From Candidatus Bathyarchaeota archaeon (lineage in GTDB: Archaea; Thermoproteota; Bathyarchaeia; Bathyarchaeales; Bathycorpusculaceae), in the NCBI GenBank assembly GCA_963811105.1, contig CAWEPZ010000001.1, forward strand, positions 32,001 to 96,000: a stretch of DNA of 64,000 nucleotides. Direction: 5' to 3'. The position numbers and the translations under genes are program-made. Numbering within the stretch: position 1 is the stretch's first letter; every line of letters starts with the position of its first letter. Shown here piece after piece: positions 29,491 to 40,334 of the stretch. Below the pieces are notes generated by a model. That model searched no databases. It was not told the origin of the DNA and saw nothing but the letters and a program-made list of their open reading frames with translations.

Positions 29491-29727
29491 ATGGATTTTG
29501 CTGAAGCTATAGAGTTTTCAAAGAAATTTCCCACCCGTCATCCAAAAATATTCAAAGGTTTCATTGAGTGGGGTATTTGGGATACTGAAACAGGGGATTA
29601 CATAGTTCTAACTGATGCAGTTTCAGTTAAGGAATCATGTTTTAATGAGTTAGACGATTATGTTAAGAGCCACAAATTAAGAACAGACAATGTTAAGGAT
29701 TATTTGATGATTTCCACACGCTGTTAA
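29491..29727 (+). CDS. Small hypothetical protein
   Basis: 78-aa ORF with AGGT RBS and operator plus TATA (29417-29449). Confidence 0.65.
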   Translation: MDFAEAIEFSKKFPTRHPKIFKGFIEWGIWDTETGDYIVLTDAVSVKESCFNELDDYVKSHKLRTDNVKDYLMISTRC

Positions 29728-29746
29728 TTTCTTGGTCTGTATCAAA

Positions 29747-29995
29747 TTAGGATTTTTGAATTGAGCGGAAAACTGTGTGCCCGTTTTTTGTTACTGATTC
29801 TAAATTGTATTCATCAAGGATTTTGTCTAAGCATCCTTCTTCATCTGGGGAAGGAGTCCAACTAACGCCAAGAACCCAACTTTTTGTTTCTTTATTTTGT
29901 GATATGATTACCGCTTGTGCATCATAGAATGAAGCGCAATTAGCCATTATTTTTCTTAGCACTCTTATAGCGTCATATCTGTTCATATTTGACAC
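29747..29995 (-). CDS. Small hypothetical protein
   Basis: 82-aa ORF with globular composition, convergent with the previous gene. Confidence 0.6.
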   Translation of the reverse strand: MSNMNRYDAIRVLRKIMANCASFYDAQAVIISQNKETKSWVLGVSWTPSPDEEGCLDKILDEYNLESVTKNGHTVFRSIQKS

Positions 29996-30308
29996 TCAAG
30001 GGGTAACCCGCTATTGTACGCACATTAACTTAAGCTTATGCTAAATCCGTCTTTTTCTTAACATAGAAGCTGCTAAGCAATCACCAACATGCTTAATTGG
30101 AATCTTTTCAAAAAAGAACACGGTTACCTCAACATATCCGTTCTTCTGAATACAAATCGTTTTAAATACATTAAGCCGTAGACACGAACTATCCGCGAAT
30201 AACACGTTGCAGGAGAAGGAGACTTTGCTTTTTACATATTAGTTCACCGAAAGAAGAGTAACACTTTTTAAGCAACTTTTTTATTTGCGAGATGCTCGTT
30301 AATAAAAC

Positions 30309-30536
30309 ATGGAAATCATTCTTTTTGTACTGGGGATAATTCTTATTATCATAGGTTTGCCATTTTGTTTCTCTTGTCAAATTCATATGCTTTGGGAAAA
30401 TATTTCAAACCCTAAGAGAAATCAAACAAATCAACCGACAAACCAACATATAACACGCGACAGGGCTATTAGCCTATTTTTCATAATGATTGGCATTATT
30501 ATAATCGTTCTTAGCTTCGCAGGTTCAGTTATGTGA
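30309..30536 (+). CDS. Small two-TM protein
   Basis: Two hydrophobic helices. Confidence 0.45.
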   Translation: MEIILFVLGIILIIIGLPFCFSCQIHMLWENISNPKRNQTNQPTNQHITRDRAISLFFIMIGIIIIVLSFAGSVM

Positions 30537-30782
30537 AATAGAACCATCATAAATCTCTTCTTAGGCAACTTCAGAGTATTAACATATTGAATTTGAATCT
30601 CTAATATCTTGCAGGGGCAAAAATCCGCTTGGTTGCAGGGGTAAACTCTCGCTTTTTTGGGGTACAATTTGTTTTCCCATAACAGCTGTTTGAAAACTTG
30701 CCGAATTGGATTCCCTTAATAATAAGGATAGGAAAAAGCTAATAATTCCTCTGCCTCGATTTTCGGTTAATTTATACTAATA

Positions 30783-32316
30783 TTATTTTTCTGTTTTTTT
30801 GATTTTTGCTTTTTCGTTTTTATCTTTGGTTTTGCGTTTGGGCATTCTTGGGAAAGAAGCATATAATGCTGATGCTCTTGCACGGATAATTTTCTTGGTT
30901 TCAATCGTAACAGGAGATTTTGCAATAAGTTCATCAAGCTTCTTCTTGTTTTTTTCTATGCTTTCTGTGAATTCTTCGCTGGATATTTCGCCCTCTGATT
31001 TCAGCTTTCTTAATTGTTCAATATGCGAAGCCATCAACTCAAATTGTTCCTCAATTATTATATCTGAAACAATGTCAGTTTGGGGCATTCTTTTCCTAAC
31101 ATATCGAAACAGCAAAGGCACCTGAAGCACGATTGAGATAAATGCTACACCCAACACCATTGCGTTTATGGTTTGGATATCGCTCAGGGTAATGACGGCT
31201 GAAGTTGCTATTGTCGCCGCTAGAGCTATTGACAAGGCACCTTTAACTCCGCCAAGCATGGCTACATTATACCATACTGCGGATATCTTGTTTCCAAATT
31301 TGTTAAAGACCCCAAGGATTGGATAAACTGTGGCAGCTCTGGCTACAGTTACGGCGGCGAATGCAGCAATAATAAGCAGAATTGATTGTGAAAGAGTGAT
31401 AATATTTGTCTGGAAGCCGATTATCAGAAAGGCTATTGTGTTGCCAAGGAATGCGGCTATAGCCCAAAAGGTCGTTACCGCTTCTCGTGAGGCGGGTTCC
31501 ATGGCAGTTCGCATTGTGTAGTTGCCAAAGTATAAACCTGCAACTGCGACCGCAATTAGCCCTGAAGCGCCTATTCCATTTGCTAGAGCATATGACCCGT
31601 AAACAACTGCTATCGCTAAGATGGTTTCAGCTACTCGGTCCTCTATCAAACTTGATAGTAATTCACCTATGAATGCAACTACCAGCCCGATGAAGACACC
31701 TGCACCAAGAGTAAAGCCAAAGCTGAACAATGTTTGCGTTAAAGAGAACTCTTGAAGACTAATAGCGGAAAGAATTAAAGTAAAAATAACAATACCGGTT
31801 GCGTCGTTGAAAGCCGCTTCTGTATCAAGCAACGTTGAAAGTTCAGAGGGAACCTTTACACGTCGAAAAACTTCTAAAACCGTAACCGTATCTGTGGGAG
31901 CAATTAACGCCGCGAAAAGAAAAGAAACATACGGAGAAAGACCAACAATCTTCCACAAAATAAGCCCTCCAACAACAGTCGCTATCAAGACGCCAACGGT
32001 TGCCAAGGCTAACGAAGGCTTGATTACCGCTCGCAGGTCACTTGCACGAAGATGAATCATAGCCTCGAAAATCAAAGGCGGAACCACTAATCCCACGAAA
32101 AGACCACCTACGAGAAGCTGACTGTAAAGTGATCTCAATGGAGAAGCCAGATCTAGCCCTTGTGATTCAAGCAAGAAGAGAACAACGGTTATTGTAACTC
32201 CTGCTAAGACCAAAACTAGTGTATACGGTACCTTAAGCTTGTGTGATAGGACCGCAGCTAAGAAAGCTATCAGCAGAAACGCCGCAATTACAATCTCTAT
32301 ACTGGGAACCGATCAT
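30783..32316 (-). CDS. nhaP: NhaP-type (CPA1) Na+/H+ antiporter
   Basis: PPLIFEA, IAPTDTV, EAAFNDA, GVKGALSIALA; frame extends upstream to VPSIEIVIAAFLL; ATG at 32316 is offset by one extra base. Confidence 0.9.
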
Positions 32317-32499
32317 CACCCGCTCTTTATCCACTCTTTTGTTAATTGGTTTTTTTATTCTTCAATGTTCTTAATCAATCTGTCTAGCAAAAACAAAAAT
32401 GACTAATATTTTGTAATTTTATGCTCAATTCTAAAAACAAGTATGTCGGTTTAGAGATCGTTGAAATTCTAGTGAAAACCGGAAGGTTGGGGTCACTTT

Positions 32500-32815
32500 G
32501 CTCTCTTAATGTGCAATTCGCAAACTCTCTTTGAACCCCCGCATCTAAAACAGATACATCTTCAAACTTTTCTGCTACAATTTCGCGTATAGCTTGATAA
32601 AACGGGGGAACAACGAGAAGGAAGTACAACAAGAGCTTGGACATAAATCGCTATCAAGTACGGACAGATACACCAACACAGTTGTCTTCAATGAATTAGA
32701 CTATGAAACAGCAAGAGCAACAACAGTTGAAGAATCAGAAAAACTCGGTTAAGAGGGCTGGATAAAATACGACCAAATAAACGAAGTTCACTTGTACAGA
32801 AGACTAAAGCTATGA
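32500..32815 (+). pseudogene. Tyrosine recombinase/integrase C-terminal remnant
   Basis: LNP/LKQIHLQTF (shifted)...NFAYSLIKRG..KEVQQELGHKSLSSTDRY...ARATTVEESEKLG*EGW; frameshifts and a stop at 32750. Confidence 0.75.
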
Positions 32816-32994
32816 AAAGTCTATTATTAGTTCAAAGAGTCTCGTTTCAAAACAATTTGACAAGTATGTGCTGAATAAGCCTATTAATTTGCATGACTGA
32901 ATCATTTCTCGCCATTTTGTTAAAGAAACAAAGCCTCAATTACCCTTACCGCTTACCTGGTTAATGCCCAATTTGACTCCTTATTTTTTTAGCG

Positions 32995-33162
32995 TTAAGA
33001 CTTAGATTTTCTAAAGTAAAGCCAGAAACCGACCGTTGCAACACTAATTGAACTCGAAACACCTATTAGTTGTCCGGCTGTGTCACTGTCAAGGCGCGAG
33101 GCTAGAATCATTGAGACCAGGAGAAAAGCTAAAACTAAACCAAAGACTACCCATTTGCTCAT
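32995..33162 (-). CDS. Small two-TM protein (55 aa, not in the ORF track)
   Basis: AGGAGA RBS; MSKWVVFGLVLAFLLVSMILAS...VATVGFWLYFRKSKS. Confidence 0.6.
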   Translation of the reverse strand: MSKWVVFGLVLAFLLVSMILASRLDSDTAGQLIGVSSSISVATVGFWLYFRKSKS

Positions 33163-33341
33163 TGTTTTTCTCTCCTAAAAAAATCTTAACAATTTTAGTG
33201 TAAAAGGGTTGTCGTCAAGCTTTCTTGACTAATTTGGACGATTTTTAGTCAAACTTTCTTGACTAACTATTTGGTTGAATATCGGCGTTTTTTATGTAAA
33301 TCTTATAGCCTTAATCATCGTATACTTCAGCAGGGGATTGC

Positions 33342-34628
33342 ATGGCTGTCTCTGAAGAAGAAATCTACTCGATCATGTTCACTTCACTTAAGCATCCTGT
33401 TCGTCGCAAAATTCTTCGAATGCTTGCCAATAAACCTATGACATTTATGGAGATGGTTGAACACCTTGGAGTTTCCACTTCACATTTAACTTATCATCTT
33501 GAAAGTCTTGGTGAACTGGTTTCTAAACTGGATAATGGCCAGTACAAGCTTTCCACCTTCGGCTTAGCCACAGTAAGCGCAATGAACGGTGTAGAAGAAG
33601 CGCCACAGACAGAAACAAAGCGCCGAATAAAATTGAATTTAAAATGGAAAGCAATTTTTGGATCGCTGCTCATTGCAGTCGTTCTTTTGGCTGGGATGTC
33701 CGCTTTTCAATTTATGTCGGTAAGTCAGTTATCTGCCAGTCAGAAGTCGCTTTCTGCTGAGAACCAGCAGTTGATGTCTTGGGGTATGGGATCTGACAAA
33801 GTGGTTGCTTTTCTCGCAAATGTTTCTCAAATCGATGTTAGAAATTACACGATAAATTTGGGTAATACTATTACGTACCGCACTGACTTCAACATTTCTG
33901 AAGACGTTATAAAATGCTCATTAACTAGTCCAGAAAGCAATATAGATGTCAACCTACGCTTCAGAGGTACTCACTTCTCACGTTATGAACTTAATATGAT
34001 TGAAAGTTCACCAATCTTTTCGCAGCCTCAACCAACCGCTGTTCTTCAAAATGCCAATTCTACGCTTATACGGTATCAAGCATACTCAGGCGATGCATAC
34101 ATAACTCAAATGGTCAATTTGCTCGCCGCAGTGACCAACACTTCGAATCAAGAAATAATACAAGATGACATGGCACTGCAAATAACTAATACAGGAGGTA
34201 ACGTCGTGTTCTATTGGATGTTCCATCAAGGCGGGATTGATTTCCAAAGCAAAGGTTTGCAGATGACTTTTCAAAGCAGCACCTTAACTATAATGACCGA
34301 TGGTTACTGGCTATTTACAGTCGGCAGCACCGACCTATTGATTACCCAAAACCAAGCGGTAACTATTGCCAAAAGCTACGTTGGCACTCTAACCTACACG
34401 ATTGAAGGCGAACAAATAAGCAACTTCAAAGTAAAAGGTGATCCCCTGTCCACTCAGCTTGTCCCACACACCCGCGGCAATTCAGTAGCTCTGATTCCAT
34501 ATTGGTACGTAGAAATGAGCTTAGATCGGATTTATGCAGGAGGCAAAAATGAAGTAGCTGTCGGAATCTACGCAGACACAGGTCAAGTTGCAGACGTTCA
34601 ATTGCTAAGCGTCAGCACAGAAACATAA
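33342..34628 (+). CDS. Membrane-anchored regulator: ArsR-like wHTH, one TM helix, large extracytoplasmic domain
   Basis: SLKHPVRRKILRML...LTYHLESL; TM segment at about aa 103-125. Confidence 0.85.
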   Translation: MAVSEEEIYSIMFTSLKHPVRRKILRMLANKPMTFMEMVEHLGVSTSHLTYHLESLGELVSKLDNGQYKLSTFGLATVSAMNGVEEAPQTETKRRIKLNLKWKAIFGSLLIAVVLLAGMSAFQFMSVSQLSASQKSLSAENQQLMSWGMGSDKVVAFLANVSQIDVRNYTINLGNTITYRTDFNISEDVIKCSLTSPESNIDVNLRFRGTHFSRYELNMIESSPIFSQPQPTAVLQNANSTLIRYQAYSGDAYITQMVNLLAAVTNTSNQEIIQDDMALQITNTGGNVVFYWMFHQGGIDFQSKGLQMTFQSSTLTIMTDGYWLFTVGSTDLLITQNQAVTIAKSYVGTLTYTIEGEQISNFKVKGDPLSTQLVPHTRGNSVALIPYWYVEMSLDRIYAGGKNEVAVGIYADTGQVADVQLLSVSTET

Positions 34629-35170
34629 CACTTCAAATCTTCCCGGTCAACGAAAGTAACCAACGTCAAACCCGAAGCTTCAAGGAAATCCATAAAAGCA
34701 GTGAGCGGAAAAAACCTCTTTAATCCAGTTACCACAACCCTTCCAGCAGGCTTAGCAACAGACATTAACTCCTTTAACGTTGCTGAAGGTTCAGGCATAT
34801 TCTGAAACACCGTAAACGCAAAAACCAAATCAAAAACGCCCTCTCTAAAAGGCAAATAGTCAGCGTCAGCCTGCAAAACAAAAACATTTCCAAAAGCAGC
34901 CGCATGATGTTTAGCTTGCAGCAGTAGCTTACGTGAAATATCTAAGCCTATTATCATTTTCGCTTGGGTAGCGATTTCTCTGAAAAATAAGCCGCTTCCG
35001 CAACCAACATCTAAAACCACTTCATCGGCGACGGCAACGTTTTCCAGCGCTGCCAAGTATTTTGACTTCTGTTCTTTTGCATAGCGTCCCTCGTACATTT
35101 CCGCTGTCAAATTGTAGCGTTGCATTACTGTGCGTTTGTCTTTCCAACCTGTCAATGCCAAGTCCTTCAA
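34598..35170 (-). CDS. Class I SAM-dependent methyltransferase
   Basis: VLDVGCGSG, GLDIS, QADADYLPF...FDLV. Confidence 0.88.
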   Translation of the reverse strand: MKDLALTGWKDKRTVMQRYNLTAEMYEGRYAKEQKSKYLAALENVAVADEVVLDVGCGSGLFFREIATQAKMIIGLDISRKLLLQAKHHAAAFGNVFVLQADADYLPFREGVFDLVFAFTVFQNMPEPSATLKELMSVAKPAGRVVVTGLKRFFPLTAFMDFLEASGLTLVTFVDREDLKCYVSVLTLSN

Positions 35171-35218
35171 GAATTCTTATGTACCTAAGCTCTGACTAAA
35201 ATAGTTGGCTGAAAACAA

Positions 35219-36010
35219 ATGCTGCAATCCAATAAGATCTCAGTTCTAACCCAACCAACACTTGCGGACGCCTCCACGCTAATTGAGAAAGCTTTCGCTC
35301 AAAGAAGAACTCTTATAGTTGTTGGCGCATGTCGCGTTCATTACGTTGGTAGAGCAAGTTCAAATCTTGAAAGCGGCGAGCGCGTCTTAATTATCAAATC
35401 GGATGGGTCGCTTCTTGTCCATCGTCCAGTTGGCTATGAACCTGTCAACTGGCAACCAGCAGGTAGTGTCTTCCATGTTCAAATCAAAGACGATGAGCTC
35501 GAAATTCATGGAATCCGCCAAAAGCCACGTGAAAGCGTCCGAGTAACCTTCAACAACATCTACATGGCTTCCTCACTTAACTTATCAGATTCAGGAGATT
35601 TTCTTTTACATGCAAGCGAAGATGATATGCACCGTGCCATTCTTCTTAAGCCTGAACTTCTTGAAGACGGATTTAAGCCGATCAGCTGGGAGAAGAAAGT
35701 TGAGCCAGGCTTCGTAGACATCTACGGCGAAGACAAAAACGGCAGACTAGTTATAGTTGAAGTTAAACGCAAAACCGCTTCCAAAGAAGCTGCTCTGCAA
35801 TTGGCAAAGTACATTGAACCCATTAAGGCCAAGGTGAACCGTGAGGTCCGAGCTGTGCTGGTTGCTCCTAGCCTTGGTAAAGATGTGCAGAGATTGTTGG
35901 TTACTCTTGGATTGGAGTTCAAGGCGCTAGACCCCAAAATTTGTGCTGAAGTTCTTAAGAAGACTGAAAATTCAAAGTTAGAATTGTTCTTTAACCCTAA
36001 AGAACAATGA
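35219..36010 (+). CDS. nucS: Mismatch-specific endonuclease NucS/EndoMS
   Basis: YVGRASS, KSDGSLLVH, PVNWQP, GFVDI...VEVKR...QLAKY. Confidence 0.95.
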   Translation: MLQSNKISVLTQPTLADASTLIEKAFAQRRTLIVVGACRVHYVGRASSNLESGERVLIIKSDGSLLVHRPVGYEPVNWQPAGSVFHVQIKDDELEIHGIRQKPRESVRVTFNNIYMASSLNLSDSGDFLLHASEDDMHRAILLKPELLEDGFKPISWEKKVEPGFVDIYGEDKNGRLVIVEVKRKTASKEAALQLAKYIEPIKAKVNREVRAVLVAPSLGKDVQRLLVTLGLEFKALDPKICAEVLKKTENSKLELFFNPKEQ

Positions 36011-36032
36011 TTTAGGGTTTCAATTATTAATA

Positions 36033-36551
36033 TTACGATTTTCCATTTGGGCGCCAAGTCATTCCGCTATAAACCAGAATTATAATGAGAGAAAGCAAAA
36101 AAGCAATTCTGATTATCGAAAACGTTTGGATTGTTGATATCAGCAGAATTGCAGCTGGAAATGGACCGATTAGGGAATAGAAAAATATGGCTGTGGCTAT
36201 GCCGTAGGTTTGTTTATAGTCTTTGAGGTTGCGCTTTCCAAAATACAAAGCAGATAGCCTGCCTAAGCCAAAGGTGCATTTTTTGCAGTTGTAGCAGGGT
36301 CTCAGGCAGCCTAAAAACTTGAGTACGCCATAGACGCCGATGAGTGCAACCAATAGGAATACTACTCCAGCTGCTAAGTTGATGAGTAGGAAAGCAATGA
36401 TATCGAGACTAATCCATAGCGCAAGGGCAAGGTTTCCTAATATTGTAAAGTTTTTTGGGAACTCTATGGTTTCGCTGATTTTCGTTTCCCCGTCAGGTGT
36501 TATTGTTAGCTGAGGGATAAGAAGTTTCCAGCTTGAAGTCTTAAGCGTCAA
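36033..36551 (-). CDS. Four-TM membrane protein with a Cys cluster
   Basis: GCLRPCYNCKKCTFGLG lies between TM pairs. Confidence 0.7.
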   Translation of the reverse strand: MTLKTSSWKLLIPQLTITPDGETKISETIEFPKNFTILGNLALALWISLDIIAFLLINLAAGVVFLLVALIGVYGVLKFLGCLRPCYNCKKCTFGLGRLSALYFGKRNLKDYKQTYGIATAIFFYSLIGPFPAAILLISTIQTFSIIRIAFLLSLIIILVYSGMTWRPNGKS

Positions 36552-36632
36552 GTTTAGAGCCCACCAAACCGAACTTGAGAGTTAAAAATTTGAGAAGGCT
36601 TAAATGAAACGTTTTTCTTCTGCCTAAACGAA

Positions 36633-37169
36633 GTGAAAAGCTTGAATTTTTGGAAGCAAATTCCTGCAGGCGATAATCCGCCGGAATTTTTGAACATGGT
36701 TATCGAAGTGAACAGTGGTTCAAGAGACAAGTTTGAGTATAAATCCGAGTGGGAAGCCTTCGTTCTAAACCGCATTATACCTTCATCAGTGGTTTTTCCA
36801 GTTGAGTACGGGTTTGTGCCTCAAACATTCTCTGAAGATGGCGACCCACTAGACATAATGGCGTTGACTTATGAGCCGTTGGAAGTTGGTACAGTTGCTA
36901 AGGTCCGAGTAATAGGCTTGCTGGTGATGGAGGATGAGAAGGGTTTGGATAACAAGATTTTGTCGGTTCTATTAAATGACTTGCGTTTTGAAGGTTACAA
37001 TGATTTAACTGATGTTCCCGAATATCAGCTGAAAGAGATTCAAGAGTTCTTCACAACATATAAGCGGCTGGAGCCTTGCAAGTGGGCTAAAATTAAGGGC
37101 TGGAAGAAACCGGTAGAAGCTAAACAGGTTGTGTTGGCGGCGATGGAACGCTTCCAAGAACTTAAATGA
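36633..37169 (+). CDS. ppa: Soluble inorganic pyrophosphatase
   Basis: YGFVPQT, EDGDPLDI, EDEKGLDNKIL, FFTTYKRLE. Confidence 0.95.
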   Translation: MKSLNFWKQIPAGDNPPEFLNMVIEVNSGSRDKFEYKSEWEAFVLNRIIPSSVVFPVEYGFVPQTFSEDGDPLDIMALTYEPLEVGTVAKVRVIGLLVMEDEKGLDNKILSVLLNDLRFEGYNDLTDVPEYQLKEIQEFFTTYKRLEPCKWAKIKGWKKPVEAKQVVLAAMERFQELK

Positions 37170-37216
37170 AGATTCAAGAAATATGAAAGCCCTAAAAATT
37201 GGGCTTATTAACTAGC

Positions 37217-37780
37217 TTATTTTTTTGGTCTGTTGTCTTCTCGACAGAAGACTGCTGCTGCAACGGTTGTTGTCCATAACCCGTTTTTGTCTCCTGCTGC
37301 AGACTGAGTTATGTTGGCTGTTTTGATGATTAAACCAGTGGTTTTGAAGAGTTGTTTTCGTTCGTCCCAAGCTGTTTCTGGATCAAATTGAATGCCCATG
37401 GTTGTTGCAAGCATTGTTGCCGCCAAGTCTTCCGCGTAGTTACCTGCTGACTCATCTGTCTGTCCATAAGAATGGTGTTCTGATAGGTAGCCGTACTGGT
37501 TTTTACCTGACGGAATTGCTACGCCGATTGATGACGCGACGAGTCTGTGAGGTTCATTGGTTGAGTTGCGAGCGATAACCACAAAAGTGATTTCGCCTGG
37601 CTGCACAAGTTTTAAGCCTTTTTCCCGTGTAAGATGCTCGCATCCAGGAGGAACGATGCTTGAAACACTGACTAAGTTGCAAAATTGTATGCCTGCGTCT
37701 CTGAGAGCCAGTTCAAAAGATTGGAGTTGCTCTTTATGTTTGCCAACTCCCTTCGTTAGAAAGAAGTACTTCGGTATCAT
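37217..37780 (-). CDS. pdaD: Pyruvoyl-dependent arginine decarboxylase
   Basis: [21 protein letters not shown] self-cleavage motif; YGYLSEH. Confidence 0.92.
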   Translation of the reverse strand: MIPKYFFLTKGVGKHKEQLQSFELALRDAGIQFCNLVSVSSIVPPGCEHLTREKGLKLVQPGEITFVVIARNSTNEPHRLVASSIGVAIPSGKNQYGYLSEHHSYGQTDESAGNYAEDLAATMLATTMGIQFDPETAWDERKQLFKTTGLIIKTANITQSAAGDKNGLWTTTVAAAVFCREDNRPKK

Positions 37781-37883
37781 TTGATTTCGGAAAACAATGA
37801 TTACAGAATGCATTTATTAGGCTTTTGTTTTAAAACGTAGTATTATCGTGAAAACAGCAGAATTGGTTTATTGAGGAATAGAT

Positions 37884-39069
37884 TTGCGGTTGCACCAAAG
37901 CGTGTTCAAAGATGAATCAAAGCTTGACATAAATTACATTCCGCAAAAGCTGCCTCACAGAGAAAAAGAACACCGTTTGCTAACGGAATTCTTCAGTTTT
38001 ATACTGAGCTGCCCCGAAAGGATGTCTCAGAGAGTCATTATGACTGGTGACATTGGCACAGGAAAAACAGCTTTAGCCCAGCACTTTGGAGCAAACCTAA
38101 CCTCAGATGCCAACAAGAGAGGCATGAAATTCCGCTATGTTCATGTTAATTGCCGTGAATATCGGGGAAGCCTAAGTCCGATTCTGCATAAAGCCTTAAC
38201 TGCTTTTCGCCCAAACTATCCAATGCGTGGTTACTCTGCGGAAGAAGTCCTTACCGCACTCATGCAGATTTTAGACGAAGAAAAAGCCTCCATGATACTG
38301 GCTTTGGATGAATTTGATAGCCTAATTGAAAAAGAAGGCTCAGACGCCGTATACAAACTCACGAGACTGCAGGAAACGCGGCATGGCAAACCTCAGCGGA
38401 TCTCATTTATTTTCATCATGCGTGATTTAAAAGCCCTCGAGCAATTGGATGCGAGTGCAAGAAGCACCCTTCAACGTAGCATCATAAGTCTAGAACGTTA
38501 CGGCAAACAACAACTCTTTGACATCCTAAGTGACCGTGTTTCTATGGCATTCGAACTTGGAACTGTAGAAGACGATGTTGTTGATTTGATTGCCGAACTT
38601 GCCTTTAAGGAGACTGGAAATGCCCGCTTCGGCATCGAATTGTTATGGCGTGCAGGAAAATATGCTGACGCACAAGACTCTGAACAAGTTGCCGCTGAAT
38701 GCGTACGCATAGCGATATCCAATATTATTCCAGGCGTGAAGCGAAGCGACTTGGCAAGGCTGAGTTTACATGAGAAAATGTTTCTGCTGGCAATAGCGCG
38801 ATATTTTAAGGAGAACGAGCAGGCTTACTGCTTCACTGAGCGAAGTCGAGAAAACCTACGGTGTCATCTGCGAAGAATTCGGGGAGACACCGAGCGGTCA
38901 TACACAAGTGTGGAATTATGCGCAGTTTCTTTCATCGATTGGGATTTTGAAAACTGAAGTGACGTCCTCAACTGTTCGTGGTAGGTCAACGCAAGTTTCC
39001 CTGCTTTCTATTCCAGCAATCGAATTGGAAAAAGAATTGAGCGCCAGCTTAGAAGAAGGAAGAACGTGA
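37884..39069 (+). CDS. cdc6: Orc1/Cdc6 replication initiator (frameshift at about 38831)
   Basis: YIPQKLPHRE, GDIGTGKT, LDEFD, GNAR; WH domain continues in the shifted frame (ASLSEVEKTY...RGRSTQVSL) to TGA at 39069. Confidence 0.92.
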
Positions 39070-39075
39070 AGTTAC

Positions 39076-39352
39076 ATGGAACTTGAAGAGGTTTTTTCAT
39101 CCAAACCCCGCATGAAAATTTTGAAGCTAATTTACAAGTTGGGCTCACCAAACATTTCGGATATTTCTAGACAAATCCACGCTAACTTTACCGTAACTGC
39201 TGAACACCTTAAACTTTTGGAATCTGAGGGGATTTTGCAGGAACGATTTTACGGTAGGGTGCATATGTACAGGTTTAACGAAGCGTACAGCTAAGGCGAA
39301 AGCTGTGCAAAACCTAATAGAAGCGTGGGAACAAAGTAAACAAGGTGAATAA
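39076..39352 (+). CDS. Winged-helix protein adjacent to cdc6 (frameshift at about 39286)
   Basis: FSSKPRMKILK...HLKLLESEGIL; continues TAKAKAVQNLIEAWE in the shifted frame. Confidence 0.8.
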
Positions 39353-39355
39353 ATT

Positions 39356-39793
39356 ATGGCGATGGTTGATGTTTCAGATAAGGCGGAAATTTTCCGAGAA
39401 GCAACTGCAACAGGAAGCATAAAGCTCAAGCCGGGAACAATCGAATTAATCAAAACTGGAAAAATCGCAAAAGGCGATCCCATCTGCACAGCTAAGATTG
39501 CGGCGATACTTGCAGCTAAAAAGACAAGCACCTTAATTCCGCTATGCCACCCGTTGCCTTTGACAAATGTGCAAATTGACGTTAAAATCCCCAACGAATT
39601 CACTGTTGAAGTTTCTGCAACAGTTAAAGCTAGGGCGCAAACAGGTGTGGAAATGGAAGCGCTCGCGGCGGTTTCGATGGGGTTATTGACGGTTTGGGAC
39701 ATGACTAAACAGTACGAAAAAGATGCTGCTGGGCAGTACCCGTCCACTGCGATTGAGAATATTCATGTTGTGCGCAAGTTCAAACAGGTGTAG
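39356..39793 (+). CDS. moaC: Cyclic pyranopterin monophosphate synthase
   Basis: MVDVSDK, LIPLCHPL, TGVEMEAL. Confidence 0.96.
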   Translation: MAMVDVSDKAEIFREATATGSIKLKPGTIELIKTGKIAKGDPICTAKIAAILAAKKTSTLIPLCHPLPLTNVQIDVKIPNEFTVEVSATVKARAQTGVEMEALAAVSMGLLTVWDMTKQYEKDAAGQYPSTAIENIHVVRKFKQV

Positions 39794-39797
39794 ATGT

Positions 39798-40331
39798 ATG
39801 AGTGAAAGCTCGAAGATGCATAAGGCAAAGTCGCCTAAGATTTTGAATTTTGGCGTTTACATCTGCAGCACTTCTCGATACAAGCTAATACAATCAGGCG
39901 AGAAAGGAATTAGTGACGTGGGCGGCGACACTATGGTTGAATTACTCAAAAACGCTGGGCAAAACGTACTCTTTAAGAAAATAGTTGCCGATGACAAAGC
40001 GTTAATTGCCGATGCAGTACAGCAAGCGTTGGAAATGCCTGATTTGGATGTAATTATGTTTTCTGGAGGTACAGGCATTACACCAACCGATGTTACAATT
40101 GAGACGGTTTCGCCGTTTTTTGAGAAGACCATGCCGGGATTCGGCGAATTTTTTAGACGCATAAGCTTTGATCGAGTTGGTTCAGCCGCGGTTTTGTCCC
40201 GTGCAGTAGCTGGAGTAGCAAAAGGCAAGGCTTTGTTTTGTATGCCTGGCTCCCCTGACGCCGTGCGTGTCGCGGTAGAAATGCTTATTTTGCCCGAGGC
40301 GCCTCACATCGTTAAGCACGCACGGGAATAA
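39798..40331 (+). CDS. moaB: Molybdopterin adenylyltransferase MoaB/MogA
   Basis: SGGTGITPTDVT, LSRAVAG, MPGSPDA. Confidence 0.92.
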   Translation: MSESSKMHKAKSPKILNFGVYICSTSRYKLIQSGEKGISDVGGDTMVELLKNAGQNVLFKKIVADDKALIADAVQQALEMPDLDVIMFSGGTGITPTDVTIETVSPFFEKTMPGFGEFFRRISFDRVGSAAVLSRAVAGVAKGKALFCMPGSPDAVRVAVEMLILPEAPHIVKHARE

Positions 40332-40334
40332 CGT

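Noticed and set aside
32529-32545. TTTGAACCCCCGCA as an antisense tRNA T-arm
   Set aside because: It falls inside the integrase remnant and reads as LNPR coding sequence
37781-37883. Replication origin next to cdc6
   Set aside because: Short intergenic region with no recognisable repeated ORB elements
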